A stretch of DNA of 64,000 nt. Origin: Saccostrea cucullata. Lineage: Eukaryota. The DNA lies in assembly GCF_032062105.1 (NCBI RefSeq), contig NW_026920581.1, positions 1,426,001 through 1,490,000 on the forward strand, given 5' to 3'. The notes under the pieces were generated by a model that was not told the origin of the DNA, ran no database searches, and saw only the letters and a list, made by a program, of their open reading frames with translations. Positions 27,601-42,100 of this stretch are shown here, piece after piece (the first letter of the stretch is position 1; each line of letters begins with the position of its first letter). Made by a program: the position numbers and the translations under genes.

Positions 27601-29336
27601 TTTCTTGGCTTCTATCACAGCCAAGATAGAGTACAAGTCACAGTCAGAAGTTTTATGAGTGAGTGGCTCAAATCAGTTTTTTAATCCACTGGGTTTGTCT
27701 AGACCATAGAAAAAACCAGGGACATTAGCAACTGGTACCCTGCACTAGCACTACATATTCAGACTGTGACTTGAGTGCATCCAGAATACGCACACCTCTC
27801 TTGGTGGGCCATGCTCCCCATATTCAACTGAAAATACAACATCACTAACAATCAGACAATACAATAAACTTACTATTCTACTATGCTGAAAATGCAACAT
27901 CATTAACAATCAGACAAGAGAATAAACTTACCATCATCCAATTGGCTACTGCTGGCAAGTATACTTCAATCGGTGTTGTTTCTTGACTTCCATCACAGCC
28001 AACATGAAGTACAAGTCAAAGGCTGAAGTTTTATGAGTGAGTGGCTCAAATCAGTTTTTTTTATCCACTGGGTTTGTCTACAGCATAGACAAAACCAGGG
28101 ACATTAGCAACACGTACCACGTACAAGCACTACGTATCCAGTCTCTGATTTGAGTGCATCCACAATGTGCACACCTATCTTGGTGGGCCATGCTCCTTTT
28201 ATTCAAATGAAAATGCAACATCACTAACAATCAGACAATACAATACAATTACTATTCTACTATGCTGAAAATACAACATCATTAACAATCAGACAATTAG
28301 AATAAACTTGCCATCTTCAATTGGGTACTGCTGCCAAGAATACTTCAATCAGTGTTGTTTCTTGCCTTCTTTCACAGCCAAGATGGAGTACAAGTCATAG
28401 TCTGAAGTTTTATAAATACGTGGCTCAAATCAGTTTTTTAATCCACTGGCTTTGTCTATAGCATAGACAAAACCAGGGACATTAGCAACTGGTACCACAT
28501 ACTAGCCCTACCTATTCAGACTGTTACTTGAGTGCATCTACAATGTGCACACCTCTCTTGGTGGGCCATGCTCTTCATATTCAACTGAAAATACAACATC
28601 ACTAAAAATGAGACAATACAATACACTTACTATTTCACTGTGCTGAAAATAGAAAATTTCAAACAATTACACAATAGAATAAACTTACCACCTTCCAGTT
28701 GGGTACTGCTGGCAAGTATACTTCAATCGGTGTTGTTTCTTGGCTTCTATCACAGCCAAGATGGAGTACAAGTCACAGTCTGAACTTTTTATGAGTGAGT
28801 GGCTCAAATCAGTTTTTTAATCCACTGGGTTTGTCTATACCATAGACAAAACCAGGGACATTAGCGAGTGTTACCACGTACTAGCACTATCTATTCAGAC
28901 TGTGACTTGAGTGCATCCAGAATACGCATACCTGTCTTAGTGGGCCATGCTTCCCATATTCAACTGAAAATACAATATCACTAACAATCACACAATACAA
29001 TACACTTACTATGCTATTCTGCTGAAAATACAACAATTCAAAAAATCAGACAATAGTATAAACCTACCATCTTTCAGATGGGTACTGCTGGCAAATATAC
29101 TTCAATCGGTGTTGTTTCTTGCCTTCTATCACAGCCAACATGAAGTACAAGTCAAAGGCTGAAGATTTATGAGAGAGTGGCTCAAATCAGTTTTTTTAAT
29201 CCACTGGGTTTGTCTACAGCATAGACAAAACCAGGGACATTAGCAACTGGTACCACGTACTAGCACTACGTATTCAGACTCTGATTTGAGTGCATCCACA
29301 ATGTGCACACCTATCTTGGTGGGCCATGCTCCTCTT

Positions 29337-32247
29337 GGTTACAGACTACTAATTTTACCCCTATTTCATTGACCACTCAAGTAGTTCCAGTTTAAAAATA
29401 GAGGTTTTTTCTTAAAAATTCTTTGGGGTGTTTATGGGGTGGACTGATGTTATTTCTGGGTTTAGATGGAAAGGAGAGGGTTTGAAAAAAAATAAAAAAT
29501 TGTTAATATGTGAAATTTTGCACTTGCGCGCGTAGTAGGAAGGGTGTAAAGAGGCCCATATTTACCCTTTCCCCGAAGAGAAAGTGAAAAAAGCAGGGTA
29601 GGGGTTATTTGCGATGCCTTAGCAGGAACTGCATGCGATGAATTTTCCTGAGAGTCTGAAAAATTTTTGGACTTGAATTCTTCTTACTCTGTGCCAAGTT
29701 TCAGGTAAGTTGAGCTGGTGTAATTTTTTTAATCATTTTTTATAGTATAAAGGAATGTATAGCAAAATAATTGGTAGTCTGTGTCCTATGAGGTCAAAGG
29801 TCAAATCTCACGTTAATCAATTTATTGGCACTTTTTGGATAATTTGGAACTAATTATGCAAATTGTTGACAAATTTTATGGAAAAAATTGTATTTTGGAG
29901 AAGTTAAATGGATTTAAATAATTGAAAAGGGGGAGGGGGCACCTGCTCAGCTTGTCAAAGGTATGACGTAATGTGTGCAATTGATGTGTGTCAAAAATTT
30001 ATGCAATATGAATTTTGATTCTATATATAATGTTGTAGGTGACATAAAACCCATTCCTCACCTATCCTGCTATTTTAAATGCCAAATGGAGTTCAAAAAC
30101 CAAGGTATGTTTTAAACATTTGATTGTTCAGATTACACTGTTGTTAATAGGAAAGTAATGCCTAATTTCTCAAAACTTTGGCTACTTGGTGTCTGTAATT
30201 TTAGTTGACACAGTTACTTATTAATTTGACACAATTACTTATTAATTATGAATGTGAACTAAAGTTGAAATTCTTAAAAATTTATTTTTTTTTCAGTGGC
30301 TCATTTCTACTGACTGATGTGGGATTGCAAGCAGTTATAGCCTGGATGGGTGGCTTCATAAAAAATCAGGCCAGTTGCCAGTCAGAAGTGAACAATTTTG
30401 TACCAGGAGCAGAGACAATGATCATTCAGAAAACAAGATACAGCTGTCAACAATATTGCAGTCCACAACAGCCAAGTTAAAGGTATATAGTCAACTGACT
30501 CTTAAGTTTGTATTTTTTTTTGTGTGTTTGATTTCTTTTTTACACTGTTTTCATCTGTCATCATCATCTCTTGCCAATCAATGTGTACTCTCTGAAACTT
30601 TCTCTTTTTCCTTCTTCTTTTGGAATTGAATATCTGCTGTCTGATTGCTGGCACTGATCTGTGATTGTCCAAGACAGGGGAGGTCAGTGAGGTGCTCAAC
30701 ATTTCATATGGGATGTTTGGTCCTACTGACTTCTTCTACTCTTGTGGCATCTTGGACATCATTGTCGGTGGTCGCATATCAGACAAAATCATCAGTTTTT
30801 GACAAGGACATATGTTTTCAAGATTTTGGATAAACACTGTGCAGAAATAGTGATACACAAGACAGACAGAATTTATGTACTCCATTTTAATAGAACCTTC
30901 TCTACCCCCCCCCCTCCCTGTTCTAGCTTCCAAGCATCTCCAGGAGTGATTATAGGTGACACAGGCATGGTATGTATTTTCTATGCTGAACCATTGAAAG
31001 TATATAGACATGCTTTTTAATCATTTTGTTTGTTTTGGTACCTTTACAGTGCAGAGTTGCCTCCCTTTTTTTTACAGCAGCCTGAAGAATGTTTGTAGGT
31101 AAAATGCATATATAAATTCCTTTTCTTGTAAATTCAGAATTATAAAATCCAAAATTTCACAGAATTTTTGGTATTTATTATCTAATAATGCATATTGTTA
31201 CAAGAAATACCCATCAAAGAAGTCTAAATATGACCAGGGATAATCCAATTAGAGTAGTAAGTACCACTTCCTGACAGAGGCTGAATTGACCAGGTTGGAT
31301 AATCTGCTTATAACAAAGGTATTAATCTCTTTCCCTTAACTTTTATACTAATTTTTTATAGCCTATATATTGTAGAATTTTTTAATATTTGTTTTACTAA
31401 AATTAAAATGTGCTAAATATTTTTATTTTTAATATTTCCAAGAATTTTATGCTTTTTGAAGGTACTTTTTTGAAAAATTGTTTAAAATATTTACTTATGC
31501 AATAGGTTAAGTTTTGTTCTTGAAATTTGTGTAGGACATATATATCTAGTATACAAAAATATAAGGAAAGAAAATAACTGTCATGCATGTGAGCTGTGAG
31601 CATTTCAAATCTGAGAACTGTGTGCCTAATGCTTATTTTACCCTCTGATTTAAGGTGTTCCAGCACATCAATTAAAGGGCCATAACTCTGCTTAGGAATC
31701 ATCAATTTCAATGAAACTTCACCGGCCACTTTGTAGATACAAAAAACTCCAGCATGTCAAATTTCAGCAAAATCAGACAAGGTTTGTGTCCTTATTAGGT
31801 TACAGACTACTAATTTTACCCCTATTTCATTGACCACTCAAGTAGTTCCAGTTTAAAAATAGAGGTTTTTTCTTAAAAATTCTTTGGGGTGTTTATGGGG
31901 TGGACTGATGTTATTTCTGGGTTTAGATGGAAAGGAGAGGGTTTGAAAAAAAATAAAAAATTGTTAATATGTGAAATTTTGCACTTGCGCGCGTAGTAGG
32001 AAGGGTGTAAAGAGGCCCATATTTACCCTATCCCCGAAGAGAAAGTGAAAAAAGCAGGGTAGGGGTTATTTGCGATGCCTTAGCAGGAACTGCATGCGAT
32101 GAATTTTCCTGAGAGTCTGAAAAATTTTTGGACTTGAATTCTTCTTACTCTGTGCCAAGTTTCAGGTAAGTTGAGCTGGTGTAATTTTTTTAATCATTTT
32201 TTATAGTATAAAGGAATGTATAGCAAAATAATTGGTAGTCTGTGTCC
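29337..32247. mobile_element. KolobokP-like composite element: two 450-bp long terminal direct repeats (29337-29786, 31798-32247) flanking a ~2-kb degenerate internal region
   Basis: The direct repeats are near-identical. Each has its own 18-bp imperfect TIR (GGTTACAGACTACTAATT / AATTGGTAGTCTGTGTCC). A 4-bp TSD TCTT occurs only at the outer ends, and removing the element restores satellite sequence GCTCCTCTTATTCAAATG. Confidence 0.85.
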
Positions 32248-32286
32248 TCTTATTCAAATGAAAATGCAACATCACTAACAATCAGA

Positions 32287-32962
32287 TTTTTTAACAGTAC
32301 TTGCAAGCATTTTCTTTAGGTATATATTGTGTGAACTGTTATTTTCCGTCTGTATCTTACGAAAGTCTGTTCATGTAAATCGCACATTTCAGACAGGAAA
32401 GGCAAGTCTACATATATTGTGTCAATTTTGAGCCCGATTAAATAATAACGAAACACGGGACTGATCCCGCTTTGAAGTCAACATAATGTAACGCATTCAG
32501 AATATTTTTTTTATTTCCGAGTCCAAATAAAAAAAAAGTATTAGTCAAATTGTTGAACTTTTAATTATACTATTGAAATTAATTAATTGTCTTCACACCG
32601 TTTACTTCGCAAGTGCCTTGAATAAAGGTTATGACTGAACGATACATACGGGTGAAATTATACAAGCTTGTTTAATTAAATAATTACATTGCACGTCTAC
32701 TAGATGGCAAAACTACCGTAATCGTTAGCCATAGAAATTAATTTAACAATTGACAAGTTTTATAAAACACCAACAACTACGTGTTTGTATACACTCTCAT
32801 AATTATAATGGCAGTCTACATCTAATCATAGATGATAATAAAATTTCAGTTTATCCTTATAAATCTTTACAAGAATTATTCACTGTATGTTGAATTCGCG
32901 GAATTTTTTTTCCCGCGAATATGGCGAATATTACCTCCGCAAGTTAATTTCCTGCTGTACAG
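32287..32962. mobile_element. 5'-truncated TA-targeting MITE (CTGTA...TACAG family) in the array
   Basis: Right end GCGAATATTACCTCCGCAAGTTAATTTCCTGCTGTACAG|TA resembles the end of 38285-39143. The left TIR and adjacent satellite sequence are missing. Confidence 0.7.
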
Positions 32963-35900
32963 TATTCAGACCGTGACTTAAGTGCATCCACAATGCGCAC
33001 ACCTATCTTGGTGGGCCATGCTCCTCATATTCAACTGAAAATACAACATCACTAACAATCAAACAATACAATACACTTACTATTTTACTATGCTGAAATT
33101 ACAACATTTCAAAGAACATTTCAAAGAATCAGACAAGAGAATAAACTTACCATCTTTCAATTGGGTACTGCTGGCAAGAATACTTCAATCGGTGTTGTTT
33201 CTTGGCTTTTATCACAGCCAACATGGAGTACAAATCACAGTCTGAAGTTTTATGAGAGAGTGAGTCATATCAGTTTTTTAATCCACTGGGTTTGTCTATA
33301 CCATAGACAAAACAATGGACATTAGCAACTGGTACCACGTACCAGCACTACCTATTCAGACTGTGACTAGAATGCATCCACAATGTGCACACCTGTCATG
33401 GTGGGCCAAGCCTCTCATATTCAACTGAAAATACAACAAAACAAACAATCAGACAACACAATACACTTACTATGCTACTCTGCTGAAAATACAACATTTC
33501 AAGGAATCAGACAAGAGAATAAACTTGCCATAATCAACTGGGTACTGCTGGCAAGTATATTTCAATCGGTGTTGTTTATTGGCTTCTGTCACAGCCAAGA
33601 TTGAGTAAAAGTCATAGTCTGAAGTTTTATGAGTGAGTGGCTCAAAGTCAAATCAGTTTTTTAATCCACTGGGTGTGTCTATACCCTAGACAAAACCAGG
33701 GACATTAGCGACTGGTACCACGTACTAGCACTATCTATTCAGACTGTGACTTGAGTGCATCCAGAATACGCACACCTGTCTCAGTGGGCCATGCTCCCCA
33801 TATTCAACTGAAAATACAATATCACTAACAATCACACAATACAATAAACTTACTATGCAACTCTGCTGAAAATGCAACATCATTAACAATCAGAAAAAAG
33901 AATAAACTTACCATCATCCAATTGGCTACTGCTGGGAAGTATACATCAATCGGTGTTGTTTCTTGGCTTCCATCACAGCCAAGATGGAGTACAAGTCATA
34001 GTCTGAAGTTTTCTGAGTGAGTGGCTCAAATCAGTTTTTTAATCCACTGCGTTTCTCTATATCATAGAAAAAACCAGGGACATTAGCAACAGGTACCACG
34101 TACTAGCACTACGTACTCAGACTCTGACTTGAGTGCAACCACAATGTGCACACTTATCTTGGTGGGCCATGCTCCTCTTATTCAAATGAAAATACAACAT
34201 CACTACCAATCACACGATACAATAAACTTACTATTTTACTATGCTGAAATTAAAACATTTCAAAATATCAGACAAGAGAATAAACTTACCATCTCACAAT
34301 TGGGTACTGCTGGCAAGTATACCTTAATTTGTGTTGTTTCTTGGCCTGTATAACAGCCAACAGGGAGTACAAGTCGCAGTCTGAAGTTTTATGAGTGAGT
34401 GGCTCAAATCAGTTTTTTAATCCACTGGGTTTATCTATAGCATGGACAAAACCAGGGCCATTAGCAACAGGTACCACGTACTAGCACCACCTATTCAGAC
34501 TGTGACTTGAGTGCATCTACAATGTGCACACCTCTCTTGGTGGGCCATGCTCACCATATTCAACTGAAAATACATCACTAACAATCAGACAATACATTAC
34601 ACTTACTGTTCTATTATGCTGAAAATACAACATCATTAACAATCAGACAATAAAATAAACTTACCATCTTTCAATTGGGTACTGCTGGCAAGTATACTTC
34701 AATCGGTGTTGTTTCTTGGCTTCTATCACAGCCAAGATGGAGTACAAGTCACAGTCTGAAGTTTTATGAGTGAGTGGCTCAAATCAGTTTTTAATCCACT
34801 GGGTTTGTCTATAGCATAGACAAAACCAGGGACATTAGCAACTGGTACCACATACTAGCACTTCCTATTCAGACTGTGACTTGAGTGCATCTACAATGTG
34901 CACAACTCTCTTGGTGGGCCATGCTCTTCATATTCAACTGAAAATACAACATCACTAAAAATGAGACAATACAATACACTTACTATTTCACTGTGCTGAA
35001 AATAGAACATTTCAAACAATTAGACAATAGAATAAACTTACCATCTTTCAATTGGGTACTGCTGTCAAGTATACTTCAATCGGTGTTGTTTCTTGGCTTC
35101 TATCACAGCCAAGATGGAGTACAAGTCACAGTCTGAAGTTTTATGAGTGAGTGGCTCAAATCAGTTTTTATGAGTGGCTCAAATCAGTTTTTTAATCCAC
35201 TGGGTTTGTCTATACCATAGAAAAAACCAGGGACATTAGCAACTGGTACCATGTACTAGCACTACCTATTCAGACTCTGACTTAAGTGCATCCACAATGT
35301 GCACACCTATCTTGGTGGGCCATGCTCCTCACATTCACCTGAAAATACAACATCACTAACAATCAAACAATACAATACACTTACTATTTTACTATGCTGA
35401 AATTGCAACATTTCAAAGAATCAGACAAGAGAATAAACTTACCTTCTTTAAATTGGGTACTTCTGGCAAGAACACTTCAATCGGTGTTGTTTCTTGGCTT
35501 CTATCACAGCCAACATGGAGTACAAGTCACAGTCTGAAGTTTTATGAGTGAGTGGCTCAAATCAGTTTTTAATCCACTGGGTTTATCTATAGCATAGACA
35601 AAACCAGGGACATTAGCAACTGGTACCACGTACTAGCACTATCTATTCAGACTGTGACTTGAGTGCATCTACAATGTGCACACCTCTCTTGGTGGGCCAT
35701 GCTCACCATATTCAATTGAAAATACAACATCACTAACAATCAGACAATACAATAAACTTACTATTCTACTATGCTGAAAATACAACATCATTAACAATTA
35801 GACAATAAAATAAACTTACCATTATTCAATTGGGTACTGCTGGCAAGAATACTTCAATTGGTGTTGTTTCTTGCCTTCTATCACAGCCAAGATGGAGTAC

Positions 35901-38284
35901 AAGTCACAGTCTGAAGTTCTATAAATAAGTGGCTCAAAATCAGTTTTTTAATCCACTGGGTTTATCTATGGCATAGACAAAACCAGGGACATTAGCAACT
36001 GGTGCCACGTACTAGCACTACCTATTCAGACTGTGACTTGAGTGCATCCACAATGTGCAAACCTCTCTTGGTGGGCCATGCTCACCATATTCAACTGAAA
36101 ATACAACATCACTAACAATCAGACAATACAATAAACTTACTATGCGACTCTGCCGAAAATACAACATCATTAACAATCAGACAATACAATAAACTTACCA
36201 TCTTTCTATTGGGTACTGCTGGCAAGTATACTTCAATCAGTGTTGTTTCTTTGCTTCTATCACAGCCAAGATGGAGTACAAGTCACAGTCTGAAGATTTA
36301 TGAGTGAGTGGCTCCAATCAGTTTTTTAATCCACTGGGATTGTCTATACCATAGACAAAACCAGGGACATTAGCAACTGGTACCACGTACTAGCACTATC
36401 TATTCAGACTGTGACTTGAGTGCATCCACAATGTGCACGTCTCTCATGGTGGGTCATACTCCTCATATTCAACTGAAAATACAACATCACTAACAATCAG
36501 ACAATACAATAAACTTACTATGCAACTCTACCGAAAATACAACATCATTTACAATCAGACAGTAGAATAAACTTACCATCTTTCTATTGGGTACTGCTGG
36601 CAAGTATACTTCAATCGGTGTTGTTTCTTGGCTTCTATCACAGCCAAGATGGAGTACAAGTCACAGTCTGAAGATTTATGAGTGAGTGGCTCCAATCAGT
36701 TTTTAATCCACTGGGATTGTCTATAGCATAGACAAAACCAGGGACATTAGCAACTGGTACCACGTACTAGCGCTATCTATTCACCCTGTGAATTGAGTGC
36801 ATCCACAATGTGCACGTCTCTCATGGTGGGTCATACTCCTCATATTCAACTGAAAATACAACATCACTAACAATCAGACAATACAATAAACTTAGTATTC
36901 TACTATGCTGAAAATACAACATCATTAACAATTAGACAATAAAATAAACTTACCATCATCCATTTGGGTACTGCTGTCAAGAATACTTCCATCGGTGTTG
37001 TTTCTTGCCTTCTATCACAGCCAACATGGAGTACAAGTCATAGTCTGAAGTTCTATATATAAGTGGCTCAAATCAGTGTTTTAATCCACTGGGTTTATCT
37101 ATGGCATAGACAAAACCAGGGACATTAGCAACTGGTGCCACGTACTAGCACTACCTATTCAGACTGTGACTTGATTGCATCCACAATGTGCAAACCTCTC
37201 TTGGTGGGCCATGCTCCTCATATTCAACTGAAAATACAACATCACTAACAATCAAACAATACAATAAACTTACTATTTTACTCTGCTGAAAATGCAACAT
37301 CATTAACAATCAGACAACAGAATAAACTTACCATCTTTCAATTGGGTACTGCTGGCAAGAATACTTCAATCGGTGTTGTTTCTTGGCTTCTATCACAGCC
37401 AACATGGAGTACAAGTCACAGTCTGAAGTTTTATGAGAGAGTGGCTCAAATCAGTTTTTTATCCACTGGGTTTGTCTATACCATAGACAAAACCAAGGAC
37501 ATTAGCAACTGGTACCACATACTAGCACTACCTATTCAGACTGTGACTTGAGTGCATCTACAATGTGCACACCTCTCTTGGTAGGACATGCTCCTCATAT
37601 TCAACTGAAAATACAACATCACTAACAATCAGACAATACAATAAACTTACTATTTTACTATGCTGTAAATGCAACATCATTAACAATCAGACAACAGAAT
37701 AAACTTACCATCTTTCAATTGGGTACTGCTGGCAAGTATACTTCAATCGGTGTTGTTTGTTGGCTTTTATCACAGCCAAGATTGAGTACAAGTCACAGTC
37801 TGAAGTTTTATGAGTGAATGGCTCAAATCATTTTTTTAATCCACTGGGTTTGTCTATAGCATACAAGAAACCCGGGACATTAGCAACTGGTACCACGTAC
37901 TAGCACTGTCTATTCAGACTTTGACTTGAGTGCATCTTCAATGTGCACACCTCTCTTGGTGGACCATGCTCACCATATTCAACTGAAAATACATCACTAA
38001 CAATCAAACAATACAATACACTTACTATTTCACTGTGCCGAAAATAGAACATTTCAAACAATCAGACAATAGAATAAACTTACCATCTTTCAGTTGGGTA
38101 CTTCTGGCACGTATACTTCAATCGGTGTTGTTTCTTGGCTTCTATCACAGCCAAGATGGAGTACAAATCACAGTCTGAAGTTTTTATGAGTGAGTGGCTC
38201 AAATCAGTTTTTAAATCCACTGGGTTTGTATATACCATAGACAAAACCAGGGACATTAGTAACTGGTACCACGTACTAGCACTA

Positions 38285-39143
38285 CTGTATAGGGGATTAA
38301 TTTCACGGGTTGTAATTTTCACGTTTTTCTCTCATCTGACACACGCGGTTTCTTCTTCGCGGAATTTGGTATGTAATAAAAGTTACTTCCCTTGTCTCCA
38401 TTTAATCCATACCCTAGCTACATGTAAGCGACATTAATCAGCGTTATGTCTTTATTTCACGAACAACAGGGTAAGTTATTATAAAATTGTTAGATTTTAT
38501 AAATAATTAATTAACACAAGTGCAGTTATTAATAGTCCCTAAACGTGAAATGAATTTCCTATATGCTATAACGATGAGTGCATGTGCACCCGAGATCTTC
38601 GATACAACACAGCGAAAAACTACTGGACGGAAATAAAACTTTTTATGCAGTTCTACGAAATAATATCCTTCCACACTTCCTTCGTCAGTAAGTTCGATAT
38701 TTATTTGAATGATTTTTTAAAAATCAAAATGTCGATAAAAACTACATGAACTAATATGCATGAGAATGCAGGTAACAAATACACGTGGTAACATTAGTTA
38801 CGCACGGGTAATCAAAACCCATGGCCCACGTGTTTTGATTGATGAAACATGTAGCGTTGGCTATTAAAACAGCTTTTGAACAAACACAAATTATTATCTG
38901 CCGATTTGAATTAAAGTAAAGCGTGATAATTAAAATTAATTGAATGACGGTACTACTCGCAATTACTGAAATGACCATGGACTGCACGAACACCTTTATA
39001 AATCTATCGTAGTGTATTCTCAATTTTCCAAATAAAACATGGAGATTATTGAAAATTTATTCACTGTTTCTTGAATTCACGGATTTGTTAACACCGTGAA
39101 TATAGCGAATATTAACACCGCGAGTTATTTTCCCCCTATACAG
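38285..39143. mobile_element. 859-bp MITE with TA TSD (Tc1/mariner-like)
   Basis: GCAC-TA|CTGTATAGGGGATTAATTTCACGG ... CCGCGAGTTATTTTCCCCCTATACAG|TA-CCTATTCAG. The empty site in other monomers is GCACTACCTATTCAG. Confidence 0.9.
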
Positions 39144-42100
39144 TACCTATTCAGACTGCGACTTGAGTGCATCCACAATGTGCAAACCTCTCTTGGTGGG
39201 CCATGCTCCTCATATTCAACTGAAAATACAACATCCCTAACAATCAAACAATACAATAAACTTACTATTTTACTCTGCTGAGAATGCAACATCATTAACA
39301 ATCAGACAACAGAATAAACTTACCATCTTCCAATTGGCTACTGCTGGCAAGTATACTTCAATCGGTGTTGTTTCTTGGCTTTTATCACAGCCAAGATGGA
39401 GTACAAGTCACAGTCTGAAATTTTATGAGTGAGTGGATCAAATCAGTTTTTTAATCCAATGGGTTTGTCTATACCATAGAAAAAACCAGGGACATTAGCA
39501 ACTGGTACCACGTACTAACACTACCTATTCAGACTGTGACTTAAGTGCATCCACAATGTGCACACCTATCTTGGTGGGCCATGCTCCTCACATGCAACTG
39601 AAAATACAACATCACTAACAATCAAACAATACAATACACTTACTATTTTACTATGCTGAAATTGCAACATTTCAAAGAATCAGACAAGAGAATAAACTTA
39701 CCATCTTTCAACTGGGTACTGCTGGCAAGAATACTTCAATCGGTGTTGTTTCTTGGCTTCTATCACAGCCAAGATGGAGTACAAATCACAGTCTGAAGTT
39801 TTATGAGAGAGTGGCTCAAATCAGTTTTTTTATCCACTGGGTTTGTCTATACCATAGACAAAACCAAGGACATTAGCAACTGGTACCACATACTAGCACT
39901 GTCTATTCAGACTTTGACTTGAGTGCATCTTCAATGTGCACACCTCTCTTGGTGGACCATGCTCACCATATTCAACTGAAAATACAACATCACTAACAAT
40001 CAGACAATACAATAAACTTACTATTCTACTCTGCTGAAAATACAACATCATTAACAATCAGACAATAGAATAAACTTACCATCTTTCAGTTGGGTTCTGC
40101 TGCTGGCAAGTATACTTCAATCGGTGTTGTTTCTTGGCTTCTATCACAGCCAAGATGGAGTACAAGTCACAGTCTGAAGTTTTTATGAGTGAGTGGCTCA
40201 AATCAGTTTTTTAATCCACTGGGTTTGTATATACCATAGACAAAACCAGGGACATTAGCAACTGGTACCACATACTAGCACTACCTACAATGTATTCAGA
40301 CTGTGACTTGAGTGCATCCACAATGTACACACCTCTCTTGGTGGGCCATGCTCCTCATATTCAACTGAAAATACAACATCACTAACAATCAGACAATACA
40401 ATAAACTTACTATTCTACTCTGCTGAAAATACAACATCATTAACAATCAGACAATAGAATAAACTTACCATCTTCCAATTGGGTACTGCTGGCAAGTATA
40501 CTTCAATCGGTGTTGTTTCTTGGCTTCCATCACAGGCAAGATGGAGTACAAGTCACAGTCTGAAGTTTTTATGAGTGAGTGGCTCAAATCAGTTTTTTAA
40601 TCCAATGGGTTTGTCTATACCATAGAAAAAACCAGGGACATTAGCAACTGGTACCACATACTAGCACTACCTATTCAGACTGTGACTTGAGTGCATCTAC
40701 AATGTGCACACCTCTCTTGGTAGGACATGCTCCTCATATTCAACTGAAAATACATCACTAACAATCAGACAATACAATACACTTACTATTTTACTATACT
40801 GTAAATGCAACATCATTAACAATCAGACAACAGAATAAACTTACCATCTTCCAATTGGCTACTGCTGGCAAGTATACTTCAATCGGTGTTGTTTCTTGGC
40901 TTTTATCACAGCCAAGATGGAGTACAAGTCACAGTCTGAAGTTTTATGAGTGAGTGGCTCATATCAGTGTTTTAATCCACTGGGTTTGTCTATAGGATAG
41001 AAAAAACCCGGGACATTAGCAACTGGTACCACGTACTAGCACTGTCTATTCAGACTTTGACTTGAGTGCATCTTCAATGTGCACACCTCTCTTGGTGGAC
41101 CATGCTCACCATATTCAACTGAAAATACATCACTAACAATCAAACAATACAATACACTTACTATTTCACTGTGCTGAAAATAGAACATTTCAAACAATCA
41201 GACAATAGAATAAACTTACCATCTTTCAGTTGGGTACTTCTGGCAAGTATACTTCAATCGGTGTTGTTTCTTGGCTTCTATCACAGCAAAGATGGAGTAC
41301 AAGTCACAGTCTGAAGTTTTTATGAGTGAGTGGCTCAAATCAGTTTTTTAGTCCACTGGGTTTGTATATACCATAGACAAAACCAGGGACATTAGTAACT
41401 GGTACCACGTACTAGCACTACCTACTCAGACTGTGACTTGAGTGCATCCACAATGTTCACACCTCTCTTGGTGGGCCATGCTCCCCATATTCAACTGAAA
41501 ATACAACATCACTAAAAATCAGACAATACAATAAACGTATTTTGCTACTCTGCTGAAAATGCAACATCATTAACAATCAGACAATAGAATAAACTTACCA
41601 TCTTCCAATTGGGTACTGCTGGCAAGTGTACTTCAATCGGTGTTGTTTCTTGGCTTCCATCACAGCCAAGATCGAGTACACGTCGCAGTCTGAAGTTTTA
41701 TGACTGAGTGGCTCAAATCAGTTTTTTAATCCACTGGGTTTATCTATAGCATAGACAAAACCAGGGACATTAACAACTGGTACCACATACTAGCACTACC
41801 TATTCAGACTGTGACTTGAGTGCATCCACAATGTACACACCTCTCTTGGTGGGCCATGCTCCTCATATTCAACTGAAAATACAACATCACTAATAATCAG
41901 ATAATACAATACACTTACTATGCTATTCTGCTGAAAATACAACATTTCAAACAATTAGACAATAGAATAAACTTACCATCTTTCAGTTGGGTACTGCTGG
42001 CAAGTATACTTCAATCGGTGTTGTTTCTTGCCTTCTATCACAGCCAACATGGAGTACAAGTCATAGTCTGAAGTTCTATATATAAGTAGCTCAAATCAGT

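Noticed and set aside
30205-31020. Intact cargo gene or His-Me nuclease inside the composite element
   Set aside because: Only short overlapping ORFs with stops. A loose VVAYQ...TLCRNS...LIEP resemblance is too weak to call without a profile search.
29337-32247. LTR retrotransposon or TRIM
   Set aside because: The direct repeats end GG...CC with their own TIRs rather than TG...CA, and I saw no PBS/PPT or gag/pol remnants.
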